Shown: positions 45,246 through 59,650 of the stretch, piece by piece
Layout of the letters: each line of letters starts with the position of its first letter
Numbering within the stretch: position 1 is the first letter of the stretch
Assembly (NCBI GenBank): GCA_009914755.4
Contig: CP068257.2
Coordinates: 16,768,001-16,832,000, forward strand
Length of the DNA stretch: 64,000 bases
Direction of reading: 5' to 3'
From: the human T2T-CHM13v2.0 reference genome, Homo sapiens
The notes under the pieces: generated by a model
Told to the model about the DNA's origin: nothing
The model's database searches: none
Seen by the model: only the letters and a program-made list of their open reading frames with translations
Position numbers and translations under genes: made by a program

Positions 45246-45760
45246 CCCTCAAAAAATTAAAAATAGAACTACTGTATGATTCAGCAATCCCACTTTTAGG
45301 TAAATACCCAAAAGAATTGGAATTCAGATCTCTAAGAGATATCTGCACTCCTATATTCATTGCAACATTATTCACAATGGCTAAGATATGGAAACAATCC
45401 AAGGGTCCATCACAGTGAATGAATAAAGAAAATCTGGTATATATGTGTATAATATGAGTAAGACTCAAAAGAGAAGGAAATCCTGCCATTTGAGACAACA
45501 TGGATTAACTTGAAGGACATAATGCTAAATGAAATTAGCCAATCACAGAAGGACAAATTCTGCAATATTCCACCTGTATGAAGTATCTGTAAGAGTTAAA
45601 CTCATGGGAGCAAAGCATATGATATTTGCCAGGGGCTAAGGGTAACAAGCAAATTCATAGTTATTTTTACTTTGATTTATTGAGATCTAGTTGTCAAAGG
45701 ACAATATGTGAGTATTGGAAATTAAATACTAGAAAATTTAAACTTTAATTTTACAACAAT
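45246..45760 (+). mobile_element. Old L1 (L1MA/MB-like) 3' terminal fragment, sense
   Basis: aaaaattaaaaatagaactactgtatgattcagcaatcccacttttaggtaaatacccaaaagaattggaattcagatctctaagagatatctgcactcctatattcattgcaacattattcacaatggctaagatatggaaacaatc...gccaggggctaagggtaac is typical of the L1M ORF2 end and 3'UTR. Confidence 0.8.
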
Positions 45761-46024
45761 GGAGACAATATCATATAAGAAACTCAATTTATAAAGCTCC
45801 ACAGAGGATACTCATGCTTGTAATATAACCTCTAATTTGAAATGTAGACATTTTGAAAATGCTTTTGTAGAAAAATTGCCTAGATGTTGAATGCATCATT
45901 TCTTCCTTGCTAATGTGATATTCTTTTGTACACTGATGCGATGTTTCCTTCCATAAGGATTCCAACTAAGTTCTTCAAATAGAAAGAAGTATTTTCTTTT
46001 GCCCCGAAGCCATTTTAATATGTG

Positions 46025-46572
46025 TATTAGTTAGGGTTCTGCAGAGAAGCAGAACCAATAGGATATATATAGAGATATATAAAAGGAGATTCATTATGAA
46101 ATTGGTTCAAGCAAATACAAAGGCTGAGAAGTCCCGTGATATGCCAGTGAGCAAACTGGAGAACCAGGAAAGCCAGTGGTATAATTCATTCTGAGTACAA
46201 AGGCTCAGAACAGGAGGAGCCAATGGTGTAACTCTTAGTCCCAGTACAAAGCCAAGAGTCTGAGAGGGGAGGGGCTGCTGGTATAAGTGCCAGAGTCTAA
46301 AGGCTGGAGGATCACAAGCTCCAACGTCCAAGAGCAGAAGATGGAGAAAATGAATTTGCCCTTCCTCTGCCTTTTTGTGCTATCTTGGGCCTCACAGATT
46401 GGATAATGCCTGTTCTCATTGGTAAGGGCAGATCTTCTTTACTCAATCTACTGATTCAAAAGCTAATCTATTCCAGAAACATCCTCACAGACACATCCCA
46501 AAATAATATTGTATTAGCTATCTGGTGTTCCTTAGCCAAGTCAAGTTGACACACAAATTTAACTATCACAGT
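46025..46572 (+). mobile_element. MLT2-family ERVL LTR (near full length)
   Basis: tattagttagggttctgcagagaagcagaaccaataggatatatatagagatatat...cagattggataatgcctgttctcattggtaagggcagatcttctttactcaatctactgattcaaaagctaatctattccagaaacatcctcacagacacatcccaaaataat...caagttgacacacaaatttaactatcaca. Confidence 0.8.
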
Positions 46573-46575
46573 ATG

Positions 46576-46938
46576 TGATATAGCTTGGCTGTGTCCCCAC
46601 CCAAATCTCATCTTGAATTGTGGGTCCCATAATCCCCATGTGTCATGGGTGGGACCCAGTGGGAAGTAACTGAATCATGGGGGCAGTTACCCTCATGCTA
46701 TTCTTGTGATAGTGAGTGAGTTCACACGAGATCTGATGGTTTTATAAGGGTTTTTTTCCTTCCTTCACTCCTGCCACCATGTGAAGAAGGACCTGTTTGC
46801 TTCCCCTTCCACCATGATTGTAAGTTTCATGAGGCTTCCCCAGCCATGTGGGACTATTAGTCAATTAAACCTCTTTCCTTTATAAACTACCCTGTCTTGG
46901 GTATGTTTTTATTAGTAGCATGAGAATGGACTAATACA
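46576..46938 (+). mobile_element. THE1/MST-type MaLR solo LTR inserted at the 3' edge of the MLT2 LTR (TSD gt(a/g)tg)
   Basis: tgatatagcttggctgtgtccccacccaaatctcatcttgaattgtgggtcccataatccccatgtgtcatgggtgggacccagtgggaagtaactgaatcatggggg...ccagccatgtgggactattagtcaattaaacctctttcctttataaactaccctgtcttgggtatgtttttattagtagcatgagaatggactaataca. Confidence 0.9.
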
Positions 46939-49900
46939 GTGTGAAAATACATAGCTTTTCTTAGGGGCATAGGAGATAGACAAATTTTAATGTTCTGATA
47001 AAGCTCTGTTATTGTCAATGAAATGACATAATCATAGTCCTTTATGGAAAGCCATTACACAGGTTCTAGGTATTTTTTCATCAACATTAGAGTTACATGA
47101 AAAACATATCTGCAGTTAGGAAATATTTAGGCTGATGAAGTTAGGACCTGTACTTGCAAGAAATATCAGGGCTTCAGTTTCTAAATTCCTATTAATAAGC
47201 TCTCTAGATGTGGGAATTATATATTTATCAAATTTTACTTTTGAACATTAGCTCTTTGCAGAGGTTTTGAACTTTGCTCTTTGCAAGGAAAATGTCTACT
47301 TACCCTTCATTCCTGTTGTCAGGGAGGAGAAGACCCCCTTGAGTTCCTCAGCAAAGAAATCTAGTTTTAGGTTAGCTATCAACAGTGACAATCAGTGAGT
47401 TTGGGGGAAATATGTGTAATAATTAACTCCCTAAAACTATTTTAGAAGAGAAGGGATAAAAAGTAATTGTAACTAATTTTAACAATTGCGAGGATGAAAC
47501 CAAATCCAAAAGGAAATAGGAGTGAAAATGTCCCTCCTTGCATAGTATTGTATAGCAATCTAGATAACATTTGATTTGGTTTCCTCAGAATAATTAAATT
47601 CTGGCACCTTGTAGGTTACTAAGATGACTAAACCAATGCTCTTGCAAATGATTTAAAGTAAAATAAATTCCGTGAGTAAAATTATATGAATCTAATTAAC
47701 ATGGGAAGTAAATCCTTTAATTAGAAAAGTCAAATAATTATTTTTCTTCAAAGAAATGAAATTACTGCAATTACTTTTTGAACAGATAATACAGAATTAT
47801 TTAATAGATAATTTTAAGGTGCCCACAAGGCAGGAATTTAAGTAGTGAGTAAAATATTTACAGGGGATTCAGGGATTAACTTTCTCCTTTAGGAGATTCC
47901 TTAGAACTTCAGCCTTCATTTACAAATCCTAAAATAGAATGATTGTCTAATGTCAGCGTTTCACTGAACAACTACATAGGCAAATTTATTTTTATCTAAG
48001 AAGTGAAATAATTACTCGCATAGGTTCTTAAGTTACTGATTAAAATGATGTTATTTATAATTCATGTTAATTAAACACATACACACAAAGCCCACTTATT
48101 TTGCCAGTTACATTTCTCAATATTCAGGACATTTCAATTGAACTACAAGTTTTAGAGGGAATTTGAGACTAGACCTGAAGAGGGCTACCTAGTTTCCTAA
48201 ATTCCAGTAAGATACTTAAACCACTAAATTAAGATAATCTAAAAATAGCACAAGGAAACAGTACAAATGTTAAGCAAGACTCTTACTATGAAGCTAGTTA
48301 GAATTGTTAATTAGAGCTGTATATTATTCATTAATGTAAATCACATATAAATAATTTAATACATACGTAGTGCTACTACTGATTATAAAAGTAATCAAAG
48401 CATACACTTGGAATAAATGTATTATCCTTGATACATATGTTCAAACTCAATAAAGATTTTCAGAAATTTATATCTTCCTTTTACAAAGTTATGAGTAATT
48501 ATTTCAAATGACAGGTAACTTTCTTTTTAGGTAAGATACACTGTTCTAGAAAATAAGATGTAGAAAGAGCCTGAATGCAGCAGTCAATACCCAAATTTAA
48601 ATTTTCAATAGTGAATTCCAAAACATTTAGGCAATAGAATGTTAGGTTTAAAAAAGTGGACTCTGTTATTAGACAGAGAGACATTTGAATTTGTTCTTTG
48701 CCCCTTACTATGTGACCTTCAGTAAAGTACTTGACCTATCTAAGCCTCAATTTCCTATTGTGAAATGCATAGTAATTGTAACAATTTGGTAGATTGTTGA
48801 AATAATTGAAATAATTATATGTAACTTGCTCAGCATAGTGCTTACCGAGTATCTTAACATATGTGGTCTGTTATTATCATAGTAATTTTTCATACAGAGT
48901 TAGACACGAAAAATGAAAGACAGCATGTGAATGGTGTCAGTCTTAAAATATTTGAGGCTTTCATATTTAATTAGGCCAGAAAAAATATTGGAGACACGTA
49001 CGTTTCTCACCTACCCCAACTTCCTTGGGAGAAATGAAGTTGTGCTAAACCTCTTTATAAAGGAAAAGCAACTTATTACGTTGGAATGGGTGCTGATGGG
49101 GACTTGTCATTAAAAACCCTAGATAGTATGCTATGTACAGGAGATCACTTAAGTTTCAATGTGTGATTATCTTTCCAGGAAGTTTAGGAATGCAAAGCGA
49201 TGTATAATGTTTGATTTGTGAAAGTAACAATCTTATAGTAGTTATTAATAATGCAATAGAGTTTAAAATCCTGTAGCAAAAAATTTTGTTTCTGCAAGAA
49301 GATAAAGCAGTTGGGCTAATAAGAAATGGGCTCCCACTTCTAATAGGAAGTCCTTGATTTCAGCAAGAAGGCAACAACCTAAGCCTTCTACTTCTAGGGG
49401 ATATTTGTTGGTAAGAAGGAGGTGACGATTTCTAAAAACCACTAAAAATGGCCGAATCCTTATCAATAGATGGACACATAATTGACATAATCTACTTTTG
49501 TTGTTTAAATTCTGTGGCCTGAGCACTTAGATAACTTTTGAATAACCAACTGATTTTGGGAGCCCAGAAACTTTTGAGTATAATTCTAGAAAAATGAACA
49601 TCATCTCCATCCGTTGTTATACCCTTTAGTAAGAAAGATCCTTATTCAGACTGAGCGTATACTGCATTGAGACGAAGCCCAGGAGGTTAGTGTAAGTGTG
49701 CTTGGTGCTACCATTTCCTTCTTTGTCCACTAATCAGAAATAAAATGACATAATTTTTGATAGCCTTATATTAAGGTATAAGGAGGATTGAGGTTAAGGC
49801 GTTCTTCACATTTATTTTGTCATTTAGCTAACTCAGACGCCATCTGGAAGGAGCTGTTGGAACCTTGTGCATGAATGAAAAAAATAATTGGGGAATTAGG

Positions 49901-50924
49901 GAGCTCAAGCATTCTTTGGTAAGTCACAAAGTGGTATATTTGGGAAGGCATGACAAAGCTTACTTTTGGCATCTATCTTCAGGGTGGGAAATTTTCGTTC
50001 TTTTAGACTATATTCAGTCAGTTTAGTCAATTTACTCATATTGAATGCACACTATGCCAGAACTGTGTTAGGTCTTTGAGGTTTCAAGAATCTCAAGTGG
50101 TTCTCAAATAGATGAAATTCAGCAATGGTTGCTGGATATCTTTTAATCAAAGGCAGAAGTAGAACTCCAGAGGAGTTACGGTTGTTTTCACAAAGTGGTC
50201 GGACAAAGTGTTTCCATTCATGAAATTTCTGACACGGGGTAGCTGCTAGACTTGTGAGAGATGAGCCTGTCACTAACAATAGAAAATATTAGAATTAACA
50301 TTTTACTGCAAAAACTATGTATTTCACAGCCACAGAATGGATTAAGCGTTAGTTCTAACAATGTCTCCATAACACCCATAGAAGAGAATCTCAACCCTAA
50401 CAGACCCATGGTACTTTTCCCAAAATAAAATTCCTGGTTGGAGAACACATGCAGACTGCTATACAGCTGCCAAAAATACCATGAGCAACTATTTCTTTTG
50501 ATCATGTGAGTTTTCTAAAGTGAAAAATATATCTTATGATGATTATATCATTTTAATTTTCATGAAATAAAATTTATCTTTTTTATTTTGTTGTTATTTA
50601 TTATTTGTCTTGTTTCTTTGATAGTAAAGATACTCTCGTTAGCTTTCTTCTAGGACCTTCATAGTCTAGCATTTACGTTTAAGTCAATGATGTGTCTTTG
50701 ATTGTGCTTTTGTATATGTATATGGTGTGCATAGGTATATAAAGTGTACAAGGTCAAGTTTAGTTTTATTCCATGTGGATATTCATTTACTCCAGCATTA
50801 TGGTTGCAATAAATTTTCCCCCAGTTAATTTGATGCATTTATAAAAATCAACTTATCTTATAAGGGTGCATCCATTTCTGAACTCTTTAATCTGTTCCAG
50901 TTATCAACAGGTCTACTCTTTTTT

Positions 50925-51203
50925 TTTTTTCTTTTTCTTTTGAGACAGAGTCTTGCTCTGTCGCCCAGTCTGGAGTGCAGTGGCACTATCTTGGCTCATT
51001 GCAACCTCTGCCTCCCAAGTTCAAGCGATTCTCATGACTCAGCCTCTCGAGTAGCTGGGACTGCAGAGGCGCACCATCATGCCTGGCTAATTTTTGTATT
51101 TTTAGTAGAGAGAGGGTTTCACCATGTTGGCCAGGCTAGTCTCGAACTCCTGGCCTCAAGTGATCCACCTGCCTCATCCTCCCAAAGTGCTGGGATTACA
51201 GGC
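50925..51203 (-). mobile_element. Alu (minus orientation) with TSD gtctactctt
   Basis: The poly-T tail is interrupted by a C and followed by gagacagagtcttgctctgtcgcccagtctggagtgcagtggcactatcttggctcattgcaacc...cccaaagtgctgggattacaggc. The flanks are gtctactctt (50910-50919) and gtctactctt (51209-51218). Confidence 0.85.
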
Positions 51204-52136
51204 AAATGTGTCTACTCTTAAGTCAATATCTCATGTCCTGGTTACTGTTTCTTTAAAGCAAATGCATATGTCTAATAATTAAAATGCTGCAAATGTGTTG
51301 ATTTATTTTCATAATTTTTGGTCTTATTCTAGAATGTTTACCTTTCATATAAATTTTACAATTGACTTGTCAAAGTATGCTGGTATTTTCATGGGAATTG
51401 TTTTAAATATATCAATAAATCTAAGAAGAACTATTGATTCTTCAGACTTGTTACTTCTCTGCGAACATGATACATCTCTCCATTTATTTTGATTATCTAA
51501 AATTGGCTCAGAGAAGTTTTGTAATTTTCAGTGTAAAGGTCTCACACATAATTAATTAAATTTATTTCTAGGAATGTTGTTTGATGCTATAATACATGAA
51601 TTTTTAAAAACCAGTAGTTTATTAATAGCTTATAATAATACTATCGATTTTTATATTTTGATATTTTATTCTGTGATGTTTAAATATTACTCATTATGTA
51701 GGTAGTTTCTTGGTAATTTCTTTTTTATATGTAGATTATCATGTTCTCTGAGAGAGATATAATTTTGCCACTTTCCTGTATTTATGGCTTATATACATTT
51801 TTCTGCCTCATTGCATTGGATTGAACCTCTAGAGCAATATGGAAAATGAGTTGTCAGAGAAAATATTCTCAGTGTTAATGAGAATGAGTTCAATATTTCA
51901 CCATTAAATGTAGTCTTAGCAGTAGGTTTTTTTTTGGATACCATTTTCTTCTATTCTATCTGTTGCTCATAAGTTTTATTCTGAATTATTAAATTTAGTC
52001 ATTTTTTCTTTCTCGAGTGGAACACAAGACTTTTCTTTCTCTTTCTATGTAGTACATTCAGCAGTTCATTGAATAAACTCCTATGATAGTACCCTTAATA
52101 TTTTACCTAAGTTATTCAATTATTTATCTGTACTGT

Positions 52137-52545
52137 GCAGTAATCAGAGTTCTGCAAATAAACAGAAACAATAGAGTGTTTGTGTCTGTAGAAAGAGATT
52201 TGTTTTAAAGAATTGGCTCACCCGATTGTGGAGGCTAGCAAATGCAAACTCTGCAGGGTGGGCTGGCAGGTGGGAGACCCAGAGGAGAGTTCATGCTGCA
52301 GTTCAAAGGCAAAGACTACCTGCTGTAGAATTCCTCTCACTCATGTGAGATCTATCTATTGTTCTATTCAGTCACCTTCAACTGATTGGATGAGACTCAT
52401 CCACATAATGAAGGACCCAATGCTTTACTCAAAGTTCACTGAGTAAATGTTAATCTCATCTAAAAACACAGAAACATCCATGATAATCTTTGACCACACA
52501 TCTGGGCACTGTTGACACCTAAAATTAACCATCACATGTTATTGC
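52137..52545 (+). mobile_element. MLT2-family ERVL LTR
   Basis: gtaatcagagttctgcaaataaacagaaacaatagagtg...agaattggctcacccgattgtggaggctagcaaatgcaaactctgcagggtgggctggcaggtgggagacccagaggagag...ttcaactgattggatgagactcatccacataatgaaggacccaatgctttactcaaagttcactgagtaaatgttaatctcatctaaaaacac...acctaaaattaaccatcaca. Confidence 0.85.
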
Positions 52546-54893
52546 TATTTCCTTCAATGGCTGTGCATTCACCATGTTTTACACTTTAATTATATACTAT
52601 TTTTATTTGATAGTTCACCTTGAAATCAGCCTGATTTCCCCATAGAACTGATGTTTATGGTTTTCCTTGAATGAACATAGAAATTTACCTTCCTTGTCTT
52701 AGAGCTTGAAAAAATTACATTTGTCTTATCTTAGTTCCTTTCTCAGCAAATCGACCATCAGGTTTCCTGACAGTATCAAGGAACTGAAACTTACCAGATC
52801 AGTGCATCTGGCCAATGAGACGTAAGATCTCCATCCATCACGATTGCCTAACAGACCACCTGCTACCCATTGACCAACTCCTCTTTCGTACACTTCCTTA
52901 ATTTCTGTTTTTCTACATGTAGTTACATTTCTTCCCTGCTCTATAAACCCTTAATTTTAGTCACTTGAAGAAATGGATTTGAGATTAATCTTCCATTCTC
53001 CTTGACTGTAGCACTCACATAAAGCCTTCTTTCCTGGAAATACTCATTGTCTCAGTGATTGGCTTTCTGTGTGGTGAGCAAAATCCCTAGTGTTTCAGTA
53101 ACAATTTAATAAAGCAGGATTTAAAAAAAAAATAAATGCACTGTATGAATCTTGTAGCATGAATAGCAAGGAATTAAGAAAAACTAAACTCCCCACGCAT
53201 ATCCTTTTTCAGGAAGGGAAAATCAATATCTTACAGTACAGTTTTCATTCTAAGAAATACTACACATTTTATGTTATAAGCAAAATTTTATGGAATAGTT
53301 TATGAAATAAAATTGAACCTCACAGTTTTAAATTTCTTTGTACAATAATGTTTCCTTTAGACACTTCCCCATCCTCCTTTTAATTATATAGTAAAACTAT
53401 ATAATTTTTGTCATAACTTAAAGTCGATTTATTTTCAGTGCCTTTTAAAAGTTATCAACGATCTTTGGATACTATAGTTGCCCTGAGTTCAACTTCATGT
53501 TTTATAAAATAGGCACAATCTTCCTTTATGGGAGGAGGAGTTTCTTTCTATGTCTTTGGTTATCAGAATTAGAAAAACTGCCTTGATCAGCATATATTAA
53601 ATTTTTTAAAGTTAAGTTTTTCATCACTTGTGAGACTAATTTTATTGTATTCTTCACGTGATGATGATTATGATGTGACTTCAATTTACCCTTCCTAATG
53701 TGATTGTAAATTTTCATGTAATGAAAGAAGAGGCACAACCAAGATTACTGCACAGCATTGGTAACATGTAGAAAATATATTTCATATTTTGAGAAGAGAC
53801 AAACTCTTAGCTCTCAAGGTCACAGAATGCTGACAGTTAATTGGTCTTTTGAGAAATAAAATCTTGAAAGAAGACTAAAAATTGCATTCAAGTATTACTC
53901 AAGATTGTGTATAATAGCAATATGAAAACACAATGTGGTAAATTATAATTAATTATAATTGTTTGTTTCTACAAATCGTTGCTACATACAAGAAAGTGTG
54001 ATGTAGACTAGTAATTTATGCTTGGAATTGCTGTTTTTTTAACTACCTGTCCAATAAAGGTTTACTTCAGGAGGGTATATTACACCTAGAAGAAAATTTA
54101 TTTAATTAGATAAATCACTATTAGACATAATCAAGCAAATATTGAGTTTGTAAATGGCCATATATAAGGAAAGAACACCATTATATTTGAATAACATTGT
54201 TAAAATAAAATAAAATAAAACTTTTGAAACATTTAAGCAGACTTTATTAAAAATATTTTTAAGATATTGAGAATTTGAACATGGCCTATGAAAAATAAAA
54301 AGCAGAAGTGCAAGCAAGAAAAACAGTTGTACAAGTGGCTTTCAAAAAAAAATTGCTTGCCTAAAGAGTTTGGTTTGTAGAGCATCAAGAAAATCACGCA
54401 TTTAAGATTCACCAAGGTTGAAATGAAGGAAAAAAAAATTTTAAGGGCAGCCAGAGAGAAAGGTCAGGTTACCCACAAAGGGAAGCCCATCAGACTAACA
54501 ATGGATCTCTCAGCAGAAACTCTATAAGCCAGAGAGAGTGAGGGCCAATATTCAACATTCTGAAAGAAAAGAATTTTCAATCCAGAATTTCATATCCACC
54601 CAAACTGAGCTTCATAAGAGAAGGAGAAATAAAATCCTTTACAGACAAGCAAATGCTGAGAGACTTTGTCAAATCTCTCACATAATTTTTTAACATATTT
54701 AGCATAATTAATTTAACAATATTAAACTTACATGTAAATGGGCTAATTGCCTCAATTAAAAGACACAGACGGGCAATTTGGACAAAGAGTCAAGACCCAT
54801 CGGGGTGCTGTATTCAGGAGACCCATTTCACGTGCAAAAACACGCATAGGCTCAAAATAAAGGGATGGAGGAATATTTACCAAGCAAATGGAA

Positions 54894-54927
<34 letters not shown>

Positions 54928-55542
54928 CCGGGGGTGGGGAGGGTTGCAATCCTAGTCTCTGATAAAACAGATTTTAAACTAACAAATATCAAAAAAGACA
55001 AAGAAGGGCATTACCTCATGGTAAAGGGATCAATGCATCAAGTAGAGCTAACTATCCTAACTATATATACACCCAATATAGGAGCACCCAGATTCATAAA
55101 GCAAGTTCTCAGAGACCTACAAGAGACCTAGACTCCCACACAATAATAGTGGGAGACTTTAACACCCCACTGTCGCTATTAGAGAGATCGAGACAGAAAA
55201 TTAACAAGGATATTCAGGACTTGAACTCAGCTCAGGACCTAGCAGACCTAATAGACATCTACAGAACTCTCCACCCCAAATCAACAAAATATACATTCCT
55301 CTCAGCACCACATCACACTTATTCTAAAATCAACCACATAATTGGAAGTAAAACACTCCTCAGCAAATGCAAAAGAATGGAAGTCATGACAAATTGTCTC
55401 TCATACTACAGTGCAATCAAATTAGAACTCAGGATTAAGAAACTCATTCAAAACCACACAACTACATGAAAACTGAACAACCTGCTCCTGAATGACTACT
55501 GCATAAATAACGAAAATAAGGCAGAAATAAAGAAGTTCTTTG

Positions 55543-56097
<555 letters not shown>

Positions 56098-59049
56098 TCA
56101 AAAAAATCAATGAATCCAGGAGCTGGTTTTTTGAAAAGTTTAACAAAATAGATAGACTGCTAGTCAGATTAATAAAGAAGAGAGAGAAGAATCAAATAAA
56201 CACAATAAAATATGATAAAGGGGATATCACCACCAACCCCATAGAAATACAAACTACCATCAGAGAATAGTATAAACATCTCTATGCAAATAAACTAGAA
56301 AATCTGGAAAAAATGGATAAATTCCTGGACACATACACCCCTGCAAGACTAAACCAGGAAGAAGTCAAATCCCTGAATAGACCAATAACAATTTCTGAAA
56401 TTGAGGCAGTAATTAATAGCCTACCAACCAAAAAAAGCCCAGGACCAGATGGATTCACAGCCAATTTCTACCAGAGGTACAAAGAGGAGCTGGTACCATT
56501 CCTTCTGAAACTCTTACAAACAATAGAAAAAGAGGCACTCCTCCCTAACTCATTTCTTGAGGCCAGCATCATCCTTTTACCAAAACCTGGCAGAGACACA
56601 AGAAAAGAAGAAAATTTTAGGCCAATATCCCTGATGAACATCGATGTGAAAATCCTCAATAAAATACAGGCAAAACGAATACAGCAGCACATCAAAAAGC
56701 TTATCCACCATGATCAATTCGGCTTCATCCCTGGGATGCAAGGCTGGTTCAACATACACAAATCAATAAATGTAATCCATCACATAAACAGAACCAATGA
56801 CAAAAACCACATGATTATCTCAATAGATGCAGAAAAGGCCTTGAATAAAATTCAACACCCCTTCATGCAAAAAACTCTCAATAAACTAGATACTGATGGA
56901 ACGTATCTCAAAATAATAAGAGCTATTTATGACAAACCCACAGCCAATATCATACAGAGTGGGAAAAAGCTGGAAGTATTCCCTTTGAAAACCGGCACAA
57001 GACAGGGATGCCCTCTCTCACCACTCCTATTCAACACAGTGTTAGAAGTTCTTGCCAGGGAAATCAGGCAAGAGAAAGGAATAAAGGGTATTCAAATAGG
57101 AAGAGAGGAAGTCAAATTGTCTCTGTTTGCAGATGAAATCATTGTGTATTTAGAAAACCCCATTGTCTCGGCCTAAAATCTCCTTAAGCTGATAAGCAAC
57201 TTCAGCAAAGTCTCAGGATACAAAATCTATGTGCAAAAATCACAGGCATTCCTATAAACAAATAACAGACAAACAGAGAGCCAAATCATGAGTGAACTCC
57301 CATTCACAATTGTTACAAAGAAAATAAAGTACCTAGGAATACAACTTAAAAGGGATGTGAAGAACGTCTTCAAGGAGAACTACAAACCACTGCTTAAGGA
57401 AATAAGAGAGGACACAAACAAATGGAAAAGCCTTCTATGCTCATGGATAGGAAGAATCAATATGGTGAAAATGGCCATACTGCCCAAAGTAATTTATACA
57501 TGCAATGCTATTCCCATCAAGACACCCTTCACTTTCTTCACAGAATTAGAAAAAACTATTTTAAATTTCATATGGAACCAAAAAAGAGCACATATAGCCA
57601 AGACAATCCTAAGCGAAAAGAACAAAGCTGGAGGCATCACACTAACTGACTTCAAACTATACTACAAGGCTACAGTAACCAAAATAGCATGGTACTGGTA
57701 CCAAAACAGATATATAGACCAATGGAACAGGAAATAAGCCTCAGAAATAACGTCACATATCTACAACCATCTGATCTTTGAAAAATCTGACAAAAACAAG
57801 CAACGAGGAAAGGATTCCCTATTTAATAAATGGTGTTGGGAAAACTGGCTAGCCATATGCAGAAAAGTGAAACTGGATCCCTTCCTTACACCTTATACAA
57901 AAATTAACTCAAGATGGATTAAAGACTTAAATGTAAGACCTAAAGCCAAAAAACCCCTAGAAGAAAACCTAGGCATTACCATTCAGGACATAGGCATGGG
58001 CAAACACTTCATGACTAAAACACCAAAAGCAATGGAAACAAAAGCCAAAATGGACAAATGGGATCTAATTAAACTAAACAGCTTCTGCACAGCAAAAAAA
58101 AAACTACCGTCAGACTAAACAGGCAACCTACAGAATGGGAGAAAATTTTTGCAATCTATCCATCTAACAAAGGGCTAATATCTAGAATCTACAAGGAACT
58201 TTAACAAATATACAAGAAAAAAACAACCCCATCAAAAAGTGGGCAAAGGATATGAACAGACACTTCTCAAAAGAAGACATTTATGTGGCTCACAAACATA
58301 TGAAAAAAAGCTCAACAACACTGGTCACTAGAGAAATGCAAATCAAAACCACAATGAGATATCATCTCACACCAGTTAGAATGGTGATCATTAAAGTCAG
58401 GAAACAACAGATGCTGGAGAGGATGTGGAGAAACAGGAATGCTTGTACACAGTTGGTGAGAGTGTAAATTAGTTCAACCATTGTGGAAGACAGTCTGGAG
58501 ATTCCTCTAGGATCTAGAACCAGAAATACCATTTGACCCAGCAATCACATTACTGGGTATATACCCAAAGGATTATAAATCATTCTACTATAAAGACACA
58601 TGCACATGTATGTTTATTGCAGCACTGTTCACAATAGCAAAGACTTGGAACCAACCCAAATGCCCATCAATGATAGACTGGATAAAGAAAATGTGGCACA
58701 TATACACCATGGAATACTATGCAGCCATAAAAAAGGATGCGTTCATGTCCTTTGCAGGGACATGGATGAAGCTGGAAACCATCATTCTCAGCAAACTAAC
58801 ACAGGAACAGAAAACCAAACACTGCATGTTCTCACTCATAAGTGGGAGCTGAACAATAAGAACACTTGGACATGGAGGGGAACATCACACGCCAGGGCCT
58901 GTCGATGGGTAGGAGGCTGGGGGAGGGATAGCATTAGGAGAAATACCTAATGTAGATGATGGGTTGATGGTGCAGCAAACCACCATGGCATGTGTATACC
59001 TATGTAACAAACCTGCACGTTCTGCACATGTATCCCAGAATGAAAAGTA

Positions 59050-59073
59050 TAATAATAATAATAATAATAATAA
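59050..59073. repeat. (ATA)8 microsatellite at the L1 3' tail
   Basis: taataataataataataataataa read directly. Confidence 0.8.
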
Positions 59074-59559
59074 ACTAAGTTCCTACTTACCTATCATGGA
59101 GCTATAATTTGAGGACAAGAATGCATTCTTTTGAGTAATAAGTCTTGATAAATCCAATACTGAGAAGAAAATAGCAGATAGAGTGGTTTACCTTTGATTA
59201 TTTTGTTACAAAATACCTAACATACCAGAGTTTAAAAAATTGTCTGACTTGGAAAAATGTTTTAGGGAAGAGATGAAAAGGGAAGAAATAAAGTAGAATT
59301 CCTAAATCTAAAATATACAGATTCAATCAGTGGGGGAAAATTGTGTGTCTGTGTAAAGAGGAAGGTGGGGCCCAATCAGGAGCTAGAACCAGGGACCTAA
59401 GACTTTTGTTGTGGGAATGATAATATGATAAAGATATTTTATAATATTGTCCTATGGATGCTACCAATAAACGAATCTAAGAAGTTAGTGGAGTGAAAAT
59501 AAGCGGGAGATTATGGTTGCATGACCTGAGAGAAACTGAAAGTATGTCAAAAAGTGTAT

Positions 59560-59650
59560 TTGTGTAGTTTTAGTTTTAGTTTTTTAAAACAGAAGAGAAA
59601 AAGAAAGACAAGAGAGGAGAGACAGAGAGACAGTGGAGGTAAAGAGAAAG
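59560..59650. repeat. GA-rich low-complexity tract
   Basis: agaagagaaaaagaaagacaagagaggagagacagagagacagtggaggtaaagagaaagagaa, preceded by the tandem duplication ttttagttttagtttt. Confidence 0.6.
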
